This document shows, piece after piece, positions 32,651-42,110 of a stretch of 64,000 nt of DNA. Position numbers and translations under genes: made by a program. The notes under the pieces are model-generated. The model was given only the letters and a program-made list of their open reading frames with translations, was not told the DNA's origin and did not search any database. The number at the start of each line of letters is the position of its first letter. The first letter of the stretch is position 1. Source of the stretch: an uncultured SAR86 cluster bacterium (lineage in GTDB: Bacteria; Pseudomonadota; Gammaproteobacteria; Magnimaribacterales; D2472); NCBI GenBank assembly GCA_902528215.1, contig CABZRR010000001.1:14696-78695 (forward strand). Direction: 5' to 3'.

Positions 32651-33913
32651 TTAAGCCTTTGAATTAAAAATATTTTCATCCAGTTGATTCTCTGTTTTCG
32701 CAACTATACATGCAATTGCGGCATCACCGGTGACATTTACCGATGTTCTAATCATATCTAGAACTCTATCAACTGCCAAAATAATCCCTATTGCCTCAAG
32801 TGGTAAGTTAAATTGCTGCAAAATTATTATTAAAGTAATCGTTCCTGCTGATGGAACAGCAGCTGTTCCAATTGAGGTTGCAACAGCTAGCAATACAACT
32901 TGCATATACTGAAATAGTGTTAGATCAATGCCAGACATCTGAGCAATAAATACAGTTGCTAAACCTTGCATGATTGCTGTGCCATCCATATTGATAGTAG
33001 CTCCAACAGGCACCACAAAAGAAGCTACATTCTGATTAACGCCTAAATCTTGATTAGCGGTTTTGAGAGTTACTGGAATTGTTGCCGCGCTCGATGAAGT
33101 AGAAAATGCAAATAAAGCAACATCTTTCATCTTTTTGAAAAAAATTATTGGATTTAAGCCAGCTAAAGCCTTGAGAAAAAAAGAGTAGGTAAAAGCTGCG
33201 TGAAATAAAAGCAAGGTAATTAATAAAACAACATATGCAACAACGTCTTGGAATATATCAAGCCCATCAGCGACAACAAATTTTCCAATTAAACAAAAAA
33301 CACCCAAGGGTGCAAAACCCATTATCATTACAATTAATTGTAAAAATACAGTATTTAATTTAGAAAACGAATCACTTAAATTACCTGTTAAATGATTAGT
33401 CTTGTTCAGTGCTAAGCCAAATATAATACTAAAGAAAACTATTGCTAGCATTTGGTTTTCTGCCATAGCTTGAATAATATTTGATGGAAAAATTCCCACA
33501 ATAGTAGAATAAATTCCTTGACCCTCAGGCAAGGAGCTTGGTGCAACCATTGCTAATTCAGACGAGTAATTAGAGCCTGGTTTAAGTAGCGAACCTGCAA
33601 GTAAGGCTAAAGATACTGCTATGGCAGTTGTTAACAAATAGAATCCAACAGTCTTAAATGTTAACTTTCCTAAAGACTGTTCGCTTCCTAAAGAGGCAAT
33701 GCCCGATACCAAAGAAAAGAAAACTAAAGGTACAACTAACATCTTAAGGAGATTCATGAAGATATCTCCCCCAAGATTAAAAATATATTTTTCAATGAAG
33801 TCATCAACCAGGCTTGGTAAAAAATCAGTGTAAAAAAGGAAAGAACCAACAACAAAACCAAGAATCAGACCAATAAGTATGTTTCTGGTAAGGTTTTTTG
33901 GGGTATCAATCAT
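32651..33913 (-). CDS. Dicarboxylate/amino acid:cation symporter (DAACS)
   Basis: [39 protein letters not shown]. Confidence 0.93.
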   Translation of the reverse strand: MIDTPKNLTRNILIGLILGFVVGSFLFYTDFLPSLVDDFIEKYIFNLGGDIFMNLLKMLVVPLVFFSLVSGIASLGSEQSLGKLTFKTVGFYLLTTAIAVSLALLAGSLLKPGSNYSSELAMVAPSSLPEGQGIYSTIVGIFPSNIIQAMAENQMLAIVFFSIIFGLALNKTNHLTGNLSDSFSKLNTVFLQLIVMIMGFAPLGVFCLIGKFVVADGLDIFQDVVAYVVLLITLLLFHAAFTYSFFLKALAGLNPIIFFKKMKDVALFAFSTSSSAATIPVTLKTANQDLGVNQNVASFVVPVGATINMDGTAIMQGLATVFIAQMSGIDLTLFQYMQVVLLAVATSIGTAAVPSAGTITLIIILQQFNLPLEAIGIILAVDRVLDMIRTSVNVTGDAAIACIVAKTENQLDENIFNSKA

Positions 33914-34083
33914 TCAATTTCTATCATTTCAAAATCTTCTTTACCGACTCCACAATCTGGGCATAACCAATCATCAGGAACATCATCCCATGCAGTACCA
34001 GGCTCAATACCATCATCAGGCCAGCCTTGTTCTTCATCATATATCAGTCCGCAAACAATGCATTCCCATTTTTTATATTGCAT
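33910..34083 (-). CDS. rubA: Rubredoxin (57 aa)
   Basis: Not in ORF track. [57 protein letters not shown]; two CxxCG knuckles, RBS GAGG, ATGA overlap with the symporter. Confidence 0.95.
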   Translation of the reverse strand: MQYKKWECIVCGLIYDEEQGWPDDGIEPGTAWDDVPDDWLCPDCGVGKEDFEMIEIE

Positions 34084-34122
34084 TTTTTCCTCTTAGTTAA
34101 TCGGTGTTAAAAGTCTCATTTT

Positions 34123-34662
34123 ATGAAAATTAAGCAGGCTATAATATCAGATTTTAAAAAACTAATTTTAATGCAACTTACAAGAAAAAATAAATGGCTA
34201 AATTCTTCGGAATTAAAACACCGCTTGAAAGAACAAAGAATTCTTGATTGGTTGAATGAGGAGTATTCAATTACAAAAAAAATTTCATCTAAAGCCGAAT
34301 TCAAGCTAGAAATTTTGCGAGATGATATTGGAATAGCAGAAGAAGATGAATATGCGGCTCTTAAAATCTCTCCTGAAAAGGTTCGGATTAGAGAAGTATT
34401 ACTGTACGGAAATTTATTGCCATTGGTTTATGCAAGAAGCATCATCCCAAATCGTACATCATCTAAGGGATATCCAGGATTGGGATCAATAGGGTCTAAG
34501 CCACTGGGAGATCTGATCTTTCAAAGTAAATTATTTGTTAAAACTAATCGTGAATTTGCAGAATTTACTATGGCTGATAGAAGTGATGTTTGGGGAAGAA
34601 GAACACAATACCTTGTTCGTGATTACCCATTAAGTGTTATGGAGGTTTTCTTATCCCCATGA
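34123..34662 (+). CDS. ubiC: Chorismate pyruvate-lyase
   Basis: WL....S.T, REVLLYG...P.VYARSIIP, G.KPLG.L.F, WGRR, L.V.EVFL; overlaps ubiA. True start may be ATG 34171. Confidence 0.88.
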   Translation: MKIKQAIISDFKKLILMQLTRKNKWLNSSELKHRLKEQRILDWLNEEYSITKKISSKAEFKLEILRDDIGIAEEDEYAALKISPEKVRIREVLLYGNLLPLVYARSIIPNRTSSKGYPGLGSIGSKPLGDLIFQSKLFVKTNREFAEFTMADRSDVWGRRTQYLVRDYPLSVMEVFLSP

Positions 34663-35501
34663 ACAAAGCACATGCATTCTTTGAACTAATGAGACTTGAT
34701 AAGCCTATTGGAATATATCTTTTACTTTGGCCAGCATTATTAGCATTAATTGTAAGTACTGGTGGTAATTTTATATATTCTGATTTTTTAATAGTTGTTG
34801 TAGGAAGCATCTTGGTTAGATCTGCAGGTTGCGTAATTAACGACATATGGGATAAAGACTTTGATGGCGGTGTAGAAAGAACAAAATTAAGGCCGATTCC
34901 AAGCAAAAGAGTATCAATATATGAAAGCTGGGCTCTATTTTTAATTCTTGGATTTTTAAGTTTGATTTTACTCAGCCTAACTAATGCGAATACAATTTTT
35001 ATAAGTTTTTGCTTTAGTTTATTGATAATTTTATATCCTCTCACAAAAAGATTTTTAATGGGACCGCAAATATTTCTTGGTCTCACTTTTAATCCAACGA
35101 TTATTGTTTATGCCATGACAGATGAATTAAATAATTCAACAATGATATTTCTTTACTTTGCAATTGCTGCGATGACTGTTGCTTTTGATACGCTTTATGG
35201 ATTATGTGATATAGATGATGATAAAAAACTAGGCATTAACTCGACACCAATTTGGTGGGGATCAAATACTTTAAAAATTGTTGCTTGCTTTCAATTTATG
35301 GCAATTTTTCTTCTGCTGATTGTGGGATGGCAGGCTGCACTAAAGTTTATTTGGTTCTTAGGAGTATTTTTCTTAATTGGGTTTTACTTATATCAACATC
35401 ACCTTGCTAATCAAAGGAAATATTTCCTAGCATTTAAAAACAATCATTGGGCATCTTTTTATTTACTGATTCTCTCAGTATTATGTTTTCTAGTAATCTA
35501 A
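34659..35501 (+). CDS. ubiA: 4-hydroxybenzoate octaprenyltransferase
   Basis: LMRLDKPIG..LLLWP, RSAGCVIND.WD.DFD..VERT..RP, DT.Y...D..DD...GI.ST. Confidence 0.95.
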   Translation: MNKAHAFFELMRLDKPIGIYLLLWPALLALIVSTGGNFIYSDFLIVVVGSILVRSAGCVINDIWDKDFDGGVERTKLRPIPSKRVSIYESWALFLILGFLSLILLSLTNANTIFISFCFSLLIILYPLTKRFLMGPQIFLGLTFNPTIIVYAMTDELNNSTMIFLYFAIAAMTVAFDTLYGLCDIDDDKKLGINSTPIWWGSNTLKIVACFQFMAIFLLLIVGWQAALKFIWFLGVFFLIGFYLYQHHLANQRKYFLAFKNNHWASFYLLILSVLCFLVI

Positions 35502-35505
35502 TTTC

Positions 35506-36630
35506 ATGAAATCTGAAATCCAAAAAATTAATTTAAACGATAAATCTTATTCATTTAAAGCAAATAATCCTTTTGAAGATTTTGCATATCTTAGAGCGAT
35601 GGAGCAAAGTGAATCTGCTTCAGAAATCTCTGGATGGATTCCAAATCATCTAGGAGAACTTAAAGGTGAAAAATTGATCAGTTTTATGCCATTATATAAA
35701 AAGTCTAACAGTTATGGTGAATTCATTTTCGATCAGCAATGGGCAAATGCCTTACAAAGGACGGGTAGAAGTTATTACCCTAAATTACTAACAGCAATTC
35801 CTTTTACTCCTTGTGAGGGAGATAGAATTCTAGCTAAAAATAAAAAAAATAAAATTGGCCTAATTGATGCGGGTATAAAAAAAATGGAGGCAGAGCAAAT
35901 AGAGTCTTGGCATATTCTTTTTCCAAATGAAGATTGTAAAGCCATTTTGCGTGATAGAAACTTTATTGAAAGATTTAATTACAGATTTACATGGATCAAT
36001 AATAATTTTTCTGACTTTGATCATTTCTTGTCAATTTTTACATCTCGTCAAAGATCTACCATTCGAAAAGAGAGAAATAGCATTAAGAAATTAAACATTA
36101 AAATTAATTGCAAAAAATGTGACGAAATTACCATTGAAGATTGGGATTTATTTTATAAATTTTATCAAAGGACTTACTATGAGAGAGCCCAAAATCCATA
36201 TCTAAATAGAGAATTCTTTTATTTAATAAATACCGGAAATCAAAATGTTAAACCAGTTATTTTTTTTGCGGAGCTTGCAGGAGAAACAATTGGCGCATCA
36301 CTTTGTTTTGAAGGTGAAAATACCCTATATGGAAGACATTGGGGAACAATAAAAAAAATAAAAAACCTACACTTTGAATGTTGTTATTATCAAGGAATAG
36401 AATACTGCATAAAAAACAACCTCAAATATTTTGATCCAGGAGTTCAAGGTGAGCATAAAATTAGGAGAGGGTTTCAGCCACATTCAAGCTCATCATTTCA
36501 TTATTTTTTAAAAAAAGATTTTGATGAAGCTGTAATTCAATTTTGTTTATCAGAAAAAATACAAATAGATAATTATATTGATGCATGCAAATCCTATACT
36601 CCTTTTAACAAAAATTATAAGATTTCTTAA
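35506..36630 (+). CDS. FemAB-like GNAT protein (DUF482)
   Basis: SYGEFIFD..WA, YYPKL..AIPFTP, LYGRHWG, LHFECCYYQGIEY, G.QGEHK..RGF. Confidence 0.88.
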   Translation: MKSEIQKINLNDKSYSFKANNPFEDFAYLRAMEQSESASEISGWIPNHLGELKGEKLISFMPLYKKSNSYGEFIFDQQWANALQRTGRSYYPKLLTAIPFTPCEGDRILAKNKKNKIGLIDAGIKKMEAEQIESWHILFPNEDCKAILRDRNFIERFNYRFTWINNNFSDFDHFLSIFTSRQRSTIRKERNSIKKLNIKINCKKCDEITIEDWDLFYKFYQRTYYERAQNPYLNREFFYLINTGNQNVKPVIFFAELAGETIGASLCFEGENTLYGRHWGTIKKIKNLHFECCYYQGIEYCIKNNLKYFDPGVQGEHKIRRGFQPHSSSSFHYFLKKDFDEAVIQFCLSEKIQIDNYIDACKSYTPFNKNYKIS

Positions 36631-37065
36631 ATGTATAAAATTTTAAAAACAAAGAATCATCTAACAACATGCAGTGCAAATTATTCTAGACTGAGAAAAA
36701 TTCTTTGCAGCTTTAAACATGATGTTTATGTTTTTGAAATTCTTAATCATTCACAAAAAAAAAGCATAGCTGAATTTATAGTAATCTCAAGAACAAAACA
36801 CACTCTATCTATTGAGGCTAAATTTAAGAACAATGATCTAACTTTGGTGAATTTTTTATTAAGAATAAATATTTACATCGATGCAAAATTAGCTGAAGTA
36901 ATTTCTTATCAACAGGAAAAACCAGTTCCATTTTTTTCTCCTCCACAATTCAGTCACTCGCAAGATGAGAAATATCAACAAAATAGAATTCTAACTGAAT
37001 GGCTAGAGAATATTTTTACAAACGGAGCGGTTGAATTTAAGAAAATAAATTTTTTAAATGGGTAA
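36631..37065 (+). CDS. DUF1249 (YqiB-like) protein
   Basis: C..NY.RL, I.IY.DA..AEV, DEKYQ.N..L.EWL; upstream of yqiA. Confidence 0.8.
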   Translation: MYKILKTKNHLTTCSANYSRLRKILCSFKHDVYVFEILNHSQKKSIAEFIVISRTKHTLSIEAKFKNNDLTLVNFLLRINIYIDAKLAEVISYQQEKPVPFFSPPQFSHSQDEKYQQNRILTEWLENIFTNGAVEFKKINFLNG

Positions 37066-37630
37066 AATTTTATACCTGCACGGATTTGCTTCTTCTGCTA
37101 ATTCAACAAAAGCTAACTTAATAAATACTTTTATTAAAAAGAATACCAAAGCAACTCAGATTTTAATTCCAGATTTAGATAATGATATAGAAAGTGCATA
37201 CCATCAAATTGATTTAATTATAAAAAAAGAATCTCCTTCATCTATTCTTGGAAGCTCTTTAGGTGGTTTTTATGCTACATATTTTTCAGATAAGTATAAC
37301 CTTCTATGTGTAAATATTAATCCAGCCGTTCCACCAATAGATATGTCAATGTACTTAGGTGAGAATCAAAATTTTTCCACAGGTGAGAAATTTGTTGTTA
37401 GTAAACATCACCTAGATTTGCTTGAAACAATGAGTCAGAAAATTCAATCTTTAAATAGAACTAAAAATTTTTTGACCTTAATTCAATCCGGTGATGAGGT
37501 TCTGAATTATAAAAATGCAATAAAATATTTTGCTGCTAGTCGAGTTGAGATTAAATTTGGTGGGAATCATTCATTTGTGGAATTTGAAAAATACTTTACA
37601 AAAATAAAAAGATTTTTAAATTTGCGTTAA
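37058..37630 (+). CDS. yqiA: YqiA/YcfP family esterase
   Basis: LYLHGF.SS..S.KA, GSSLGGFYA, INPAV, GDEVL.Y, GGNHSF. Confidence 0.9.
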   Translation: MGKILYLHGFASSANSTKANLINTFIKKNTKATQILIPDLDNDIESAYHQIDLIIKKESPSSILGSSLGGFYATYFSDKYNLLCVNINPAVPPIDMSMYLGENQNFSTGEKFVVSKHHLDLLETMSQKIQSLNRTKNFLTLIQSGDEVLNYKNAIKYFAASRVEIKFGGNHSFVEFEKYFTKIKRFLNLR

Positions 37631-37763
37631 GTTGCTTGATTATAAAAATGCAATAAAATATTTTGCTGCTAGTCGAGTTGAGATTAAATTTAGTGGAAAT
37701 CATTCATTTGGGGACTTTGAAAGATACTTTACAAAAGTAAAAATATTCTTAAATTTGCACTAA
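37506..37763 (+). repeat. Tandem 125-bp direct repeat of the yqiA 3' end (37506-37630 and 37639-37763)
   Basis: Manual alignment: first 53 bp identical, then 10 substitutions in 72 bp, no indels. Confidence 0.95.
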
Positions 37764-37806
37764 TATTATTCATATTTTATCGTCATGCTCTATAATTAAT
37801 CTAATC

Positions 37807-37825
37807 TTGCACAAATAGTGTGCAA
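37807..37825. promoter_or_regulatory. NtrC binding site
   Basis: TTGCAC-AAATAGT-GTGCAA matches TGCAC-N7-GTGCA; upstream of the GS-ntrBC operon. Confidence 0.85.
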
Positions 37826-37830
37826 CAATA

Positions 37831-37847
37831 TTGGCATAAATGTTGCA
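37831..37847 (+). promoter_or_regulatory. Sigma54 (-24/-12) promoter of the glutamine synthetase gene
   Basis: TTGGCATAAATGTTGCA = GG-N10-GC; downstream NtrC retains GAFTGA. Confidence 0.88.
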
Positions 37848-37894
37848 TCTAGAATAAGGCACGTAAGAATTTTAAATATTTAAGGAGAAAAAGA

Positions 37895-38875
37895 ATGTCA
37901 AAATACAAAACATATGAATACATCTGGCTTGATGGTTATCAACCAGAGCCGTTCATGAGAAGCAAAGTTAAAGCAACAGATTCGGATACTCCTCCTGATT
38001 GGTCTTTTGACGGCTCATCAACACAACAAGCTGAAGGTGGAAGCTCAGATTGCCTTCTTCTTCCAGTTCAAACTTATGAAAATCCAAATGGCCATGATTT
38101 AGTTATGACCCAAGTTCAAGCAGCTGATCATACTGCTCACCCCTCCAATTTTAGGGCAGCAGCTGCCGAGGTTGTAACAGATGACTGGTGGTTTGGATTT
38201 GAACAGGAATTTTTCTTTACTGACCCTGAAACAGGCGAACCTCTTGGATGGGAAAATGGAGAGCCTAGAGCACAAGGAGAATTTTATTGTGGTGTAGGAG
38301 CCGGAAATGTTGTTGGCAGAGAAATTTCTGATCATCATCTTCAGGCTTGTCTTGATTTAGGAATCACACTTACAGGAACAAATGCAGAAGTTGCTCTCGG
38401 TCAATGGGAATATCAATGTTTTGGTACTGGAATTAAAGCAGCGGATGACCTATGGATTAGTAGATATCTTCTTTACAAAGTTGCAGAAGAGTATGGCGTT
38501 GGTGTAAACATTCATCCAAAACCAAAAACTGGTGATTGGAATGGTTCCGGAATGCACACCAATTTTTCTAACGAAGAAATGAGATCAAAAGGCTCGGAAG
38601 AATTGTTTTCGTCATTGTGCGACAAACTTGGTGAAGTTCATGAAGAAGGAATTGCTGCCTATGGCTCTGACAATGATATGAGATTGACAGGTCTTCATGA
38701 AACTCAAAGCATTGATCAATTCTCATATGGAGTAAGCGATAGAGGAGCTAGTATAAGAATCCCAGTATATACAGTAGAGCATAACTGGAATGGTTATTTA
38801 GAGGATAGAAGGCCTGCTTCAAATGCAGATCCATATAAAATTTTAGCCCACATTGTTGGAACTCTTACTAAATAG
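37895..38875 (+). CDS. glnII: Glutamine synthetase type II
   Basis: 326 aa; EYIWLDG, RSK, WSFDGSSTQQAEG..SD..L.P, WFGFEQE, NAEVA.GQWEYQ, HPKP..GDWNGSGMHTNFS, RLTG.HET, RGASIRIP, YLEDRRPASN.DPY; strong RBS AAGGAG. Confidence 0.93.
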   Translation: MSKYKTYEYIWLDGYQPEPFMRSKVKATDSDTPPDWSFDGSSTQQAEGGSSDCLLLPVQTYENPNGHDLVMTQVQAADHTAHPSNFRAAAAEVVTDDWWFGFEQEFFFTDPETGEPLGWENGEPRAQGEFYCGVGAGNVVGREISDHHLQACLDLGITLTGTNAEVALGQWEYQCFGTGIKAADDLWISRYLLYKVAEEYGVGVNIHPKPKTGDWNGSGMHTNFSNEEMRSKGSEELFSSLCDKLGEVHEEGIAAYGSDNDMRLTGLHETQSIDQFSYGVSDRGASIRIPVYTVEHNWNGYLEDRRPASNADPYKILAHIVGTLTK

Positions 38876-38914
38876 ATCATAGTTTGATCGGGTCTTATAC
38901 GGAGAGTAAACAAA

Positions 38915-38935
38915 AGCCCTCTATTCAAGAGGGCT
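38915..38935 (+). terminator. Hairpin between GS and ntrB (likely leaky terminator or stabiliser)
   Basis: AGCCCTCT-ATTCA-AGAGGGCT with a weak U tail. Confidence 0.55.
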
Positions 38936-38953
38936 CAATTTCTCTGGAAAAGT

Positions 38954-40042
38954 ATGAATTTTTCTAATTTTGAAGCATTTGATAATTTAAATACTGAAAT
39001 TATTATCTTAGATGGAAATAATTTTGACTTATTGTGGATGAATGAAGCTGCAAAAGCCGCACATTGGATTGATGATTCATCCAAACTTAGTGGTAAAAAA
39101 ATTTCATCATTACTGGATAATCAAACAAAGCATCAAATTGATCAAATTCTTCAAAAAACAAAAAAGAAATCTGGATCGGTTACAAGAAGAGATTTTGAGG
39201 TTCTTTATCAGTCTGGCAACTCAAGAACAGTTGATCTCACAATATCCTTCTCAGACAAAAAAAATCTTGTATTTATTGAAGCAGTTAATATTGATAACCT
39301 AAATAAAATTATTGATTCTACAAGAAATTTTTCAACTCAAAAAATCGCTGCAGGTTTAGCTAGAACTCTGGCACATGAGGTAAAAAATCCTTTATCGGGT
39401 ATTAAAGGAAGCGCTCAAATTCTAAAATCTAAATACGAAGATGATTTTTCAAAAAAGTTTTTAAAAATCATTGAAGAGGAGACTGATAGGCTTAACGAGA
39501 TTGTTACCAAAATATTAACTCCTGCAAAAAAACCAACTTTTGAATATTTTAATCTCCATGAATCTTTGCAGCGAGTATTAGCATTAAGCACTGCTGAATC
39601 TCAAGAAAATTTAATAATTGAAAGAGACTATGATCCAAGCATCCCCGAAATTTATGGAGATAAAAATTTATTTATTCAAGCCCTTATTAATATAACCCAA
39701 AATGCTATTCATGCCTGTTCAAACTTTGCAGAGGAACCTTGTCTTCAAATTCAAACAAAAGTTGCATACCGACAACCAATCAATGGAACTGTTCACAAAA
39801 CACTAGCTGAAATTATTGTAAGAGATAATGGGCCTGGAGTAAGCTCAGAAATTAAAGATCAAATCTTCTTTCCAATGATATCAGGTAAAGAAAATGGATC
39901 AGGAATTGGCCTTTCAATCTCTCAAGACATTGTAAGGATTCACGGAGGTGCAATATCTTTTGATCGTAAGGATAATCAAACAATATTTTCGATTTTAATA
40001 CCTATTTCTAGCAACAACATTAATGGAGCTAAAAGTGCCTAA
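38954..40042 (+). CDS. ntrB: Nitrogen regulation sensor kinase NtrB
   Basis: LAHEVKNPLSGIKGSAQ, DYDPSIPE, DNGPG, IFFPMISG, GIGLSI. Confidence 0.95.
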   Translation: MNFSNFEAFDNLNTEIIILDGNNFDLLWMNEAAKAAHWIDDSSKLSGKKISSLLDNQTKHQIDQILQKTKKKSGSVTRRDFEVLYQSGNSRTVDLTISFSDKKNLVFIEAVNIDNLNKIIDSTRNFSTQKIAAGLARTLAHEVKNPLSGIKGSAQILKSKYEDDFSKKFLKIIEEETDRLNEIVTKILTPAKKPTFEYFNLHESLQRVLALSTAESQENLIIERDYDPSIPEIYGDKNLFIQALINITQNAIHACSNFAEEPCLQIQTKVAYRQPINGTVHKTLAEIIVRDNGPGVSSEIKDQIFFPMISGKENGSGIGLSISQDIVRIHGGAISFDRKDNQTIFSILIPISSNNINGAKSA

Positions 40043-41411
40043 AATTTGGATAGCCGATGATGATGAAGCTATTCGTATAGTGCTCGAAGAAGGTCTGAAA
40101 AGTGATGGTCTTGAAATAAAGACATTTTCTGACGGCCAATCATTAATAGATAACTTAAATATAGATAAACCAGATCTTATTATTTCAGATATAAAAATGC
40201 CTGGAATGCACGGCTATGATCTTTTAAAGCACATAAAAAATAATTATGAAAAACTACCAGTGATAATTATGACTGCTTTTACAGATATGCAAGCCGCAAT
40301 TGATTCCTACGGAGGTGGTGCTTTCGAATATATTCCTAAACCTTTTGATTTGGAGGAAGCTATTGTTACTGTGCAAAAAGCTCTCGAAGAACATAAAGAA
40401 CCGAAAACAAAAAAAGTTTCTAAATCAGAAATCATTGGTTCGGCACCTTCCATGCAAATTGTTTTTAGATCCATAGGTAAACTTGCAAACACCAACGCTA
40501 CTGTTTTAATACAAGGTGAGTCTGGAACAGGGAAAGAATTAGTTTCTAAATCATTACACAAAAATAGCCCAAGGCATGATATGCCATTCATAGCATTAAA
40601 CATGGCAGATATTCCGAAGGAGCTGATTGAATCAGAATTATTTGGTCATGAAAAAGGAGCTTTTACTGGTGCAGTAGAACAAAGAATAGGTAGGTTTGAG
40701 CAAGCAAATGGTGGGACTCTTTTCCTTGACGAAATTGGAGACATGCCCCTTGAAACTCAAACACGTTTATTAAGAGTCTTATCTAACAAGGAATTTTTTA
40801 GAGTTGGTGGTGACAAGCCCATTAAGGTAGATGTTCGAATCTTAGCGGCAACACATCAAAGTCTAGAATCATTAGTTGCCTCTGGCACATTTAGAGAAGA
40901 TCTCTATTACAGATTAAATGTTATTAGAATTGATGTGCCGCCATTAAGACAAAGAAAAGAAGATATTGGCGACCTATCCTCTGCTTTCTTAAAAAGACAT
41001 GCAGATTCATTAATGGATGATCAAAAAGTACTTTCGAAAGAAGCCCTTCTTGCTTTCAAGCAATATAATTGGCCAGGAAACGTTAGACAATTGGAAAATA
41101 CATGTTATTGGATTGCCCTCATGGCGCCTACTCAAAACGTAAATTTAGAGGATCTACCTGCTGAAATTAAAAATAATGATCTGCCTGCTGAAATTGAAAA
41201 TGGAAATTGGCAATCAGGACTGTCTAATTGGCTTGGTGAGATTTATCAAAGCAACTCAGAGAATATGCTTCAAATTATTGAACCGGAATTGGATAAAGTA
41301 ATCATTGATTTTGCCTTAAAAAAAACAGGTGGAAAAAAACAAGATGCTGCTAAAGTCTTAGGCATTGGTAGAAATACTCTCTCAAAAAAAATAAAGGCTC
41401 AAAAAGCTTAA
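40035..41411 (+). CDS. ntrC: Nitrogen regulator NtrC
   Basis: Receiver domain, GESGTGKE, ESELFGHEKGAFTGA, WPGNVRQLEN, HTH LGIGRNTL; GTG 40035 has GGAG RBS. Confidence 0.96.
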   Translation: MPKIWIADDDEAIRIVLEEGLKSDGLEIKTFSDGQSLIDNLNIDKPDLIISDIKMPGMHGYDLLKHIKNNYEKLPVIIMTAFTDMQAAIDSYGGGAFEYIPKPFDLEEAIVTVQKALEEHKEPKTKKVSKSEIIGSAPSMQIVFRSIGKLANTNATVLIQGESGTGKELVSKSLHKNSPRHDMPFIALNMADIPKELIESELFGHEKGAFTGAVEQRIGRFEQANGGTLFLDEIGDMPLETQTRLLRVLSNKEFFRVGGDKPIKVDVRILAATHQSLESLVASGTFREDLYYRLNVIRIDVPPLRQRKEDIGDLSSAFLKRHADSLMDDQKVLSKEALLAFKQYNWPGNVRQLENTCYWIALMAPTQNVNLEDLPAEIKNNDLPAEIENGNWQSGLSNWLGEIYQSNSENMLQIIEPELDKVIIDFALKKTGGKKQDAAKVLGIGRNTLSKKIKAQKA

Positions 41412-41659
41412 CGCAAAGCCTTTAATAAATTTTTAGCTTCATGAAGATCATGCAAATCGTCACAGCCTCCAATATGATTATCACCAAACCAAATTTGAGG
41501 CACAGATGTTTTTCCAGCTTTTGCAGCCATTTCCGCTCTTAGCTTAGGATTAAAATCAACAGAAATTTCTTTATAAACAATATTTAATTTTTTTAATAAT
41601 CTCTTAGCTTTATAGCAGTATGGGCAAGTTTTTGTTGTGAAGATAGTTACTTCTTTCAT
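41408..41659 (-). CDS. grxC: Glutaredoxin 3
   Basis: CPYC, SVPQIW, IGGCDDL. Confidence 0.93.
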   Translation of the reverse strand: MKEVTIFTTKTCPYCYKAKRLLKKLNIVYKEISVDFNPKLRAEMAAKAGKTSVPQIWFGDNHIGGCDDLHDLHEAKNLLKALR

Positions 41660-41669
41660 TAGTATGAGA

Positions 41670-42107
41670 TTATTTTAATTTTATATTTTGTATAGAATTT
41701 CCTTTGACCTGAAACTTTGCTTGTTCAAAAGAGGGGCCAGATAGATTTCCCATTGCGTTGTTAGAAAAGCCATATTGTTCTTTTGGAATGCCAAGAAAAT
41801 TTTTATCAATTTTCATATTTTTATTTGAATCAATGAAAAGCGCAATAGCATAAATCCCCTCGGGAACATTAATAATAAACTTGTGACTTTCTTTGAGCTC
41901 AATAAAAGAATCTATGCCTGAAAAGAAACCGCCCTCTGATCTCCCCTCTCCTTTTACAGAACGGTTATAAGCTTCTTCATTATTATAAATTGCTAAATTT
42001 AATATGCCTTCTTTATTTTGTCCGGTTATATTTATAGTTAGTTCATCTGCAGAAATATTAAAAGCAATCAAAAAATAGAAGAATAAAAATTTATTATAAA
42101 AATTCAT
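41670..42107 (-). CDS. DUF2141 exported protein
   Basis: Signal peptide; G.YAIA.F.D.N.N...D.NFLGIPKEQYGFSNN, PSFEQA.F. Confidence 0.85.
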   Translation of the reverse strand: MNFYNKFLFFYFLIAFNISADELTINITGQNKEGILNLAIYNNEEAYNRSVKGEGRSEGGFFSGIDSFIELKESHKFIINVPEGIYAIALFIDSNKNMKIDKNFLGIPKEQYGFSNNAMGNLSGPSFEQAKFQVKGNSIQNIKLK

Positions 42108-42110
42108 ATG

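Noticed and set aside
33879-34100. 73-aa His/Gln-rich plus-strand ORF
   Set aside because: Antisense to the rubredoxin gene.
37632-37763. 43-codon TTG ORF in the second yqiA repeat copy as an independent gene
   Set aside because: No RBS; it is only an esterase C-terminal fragment.
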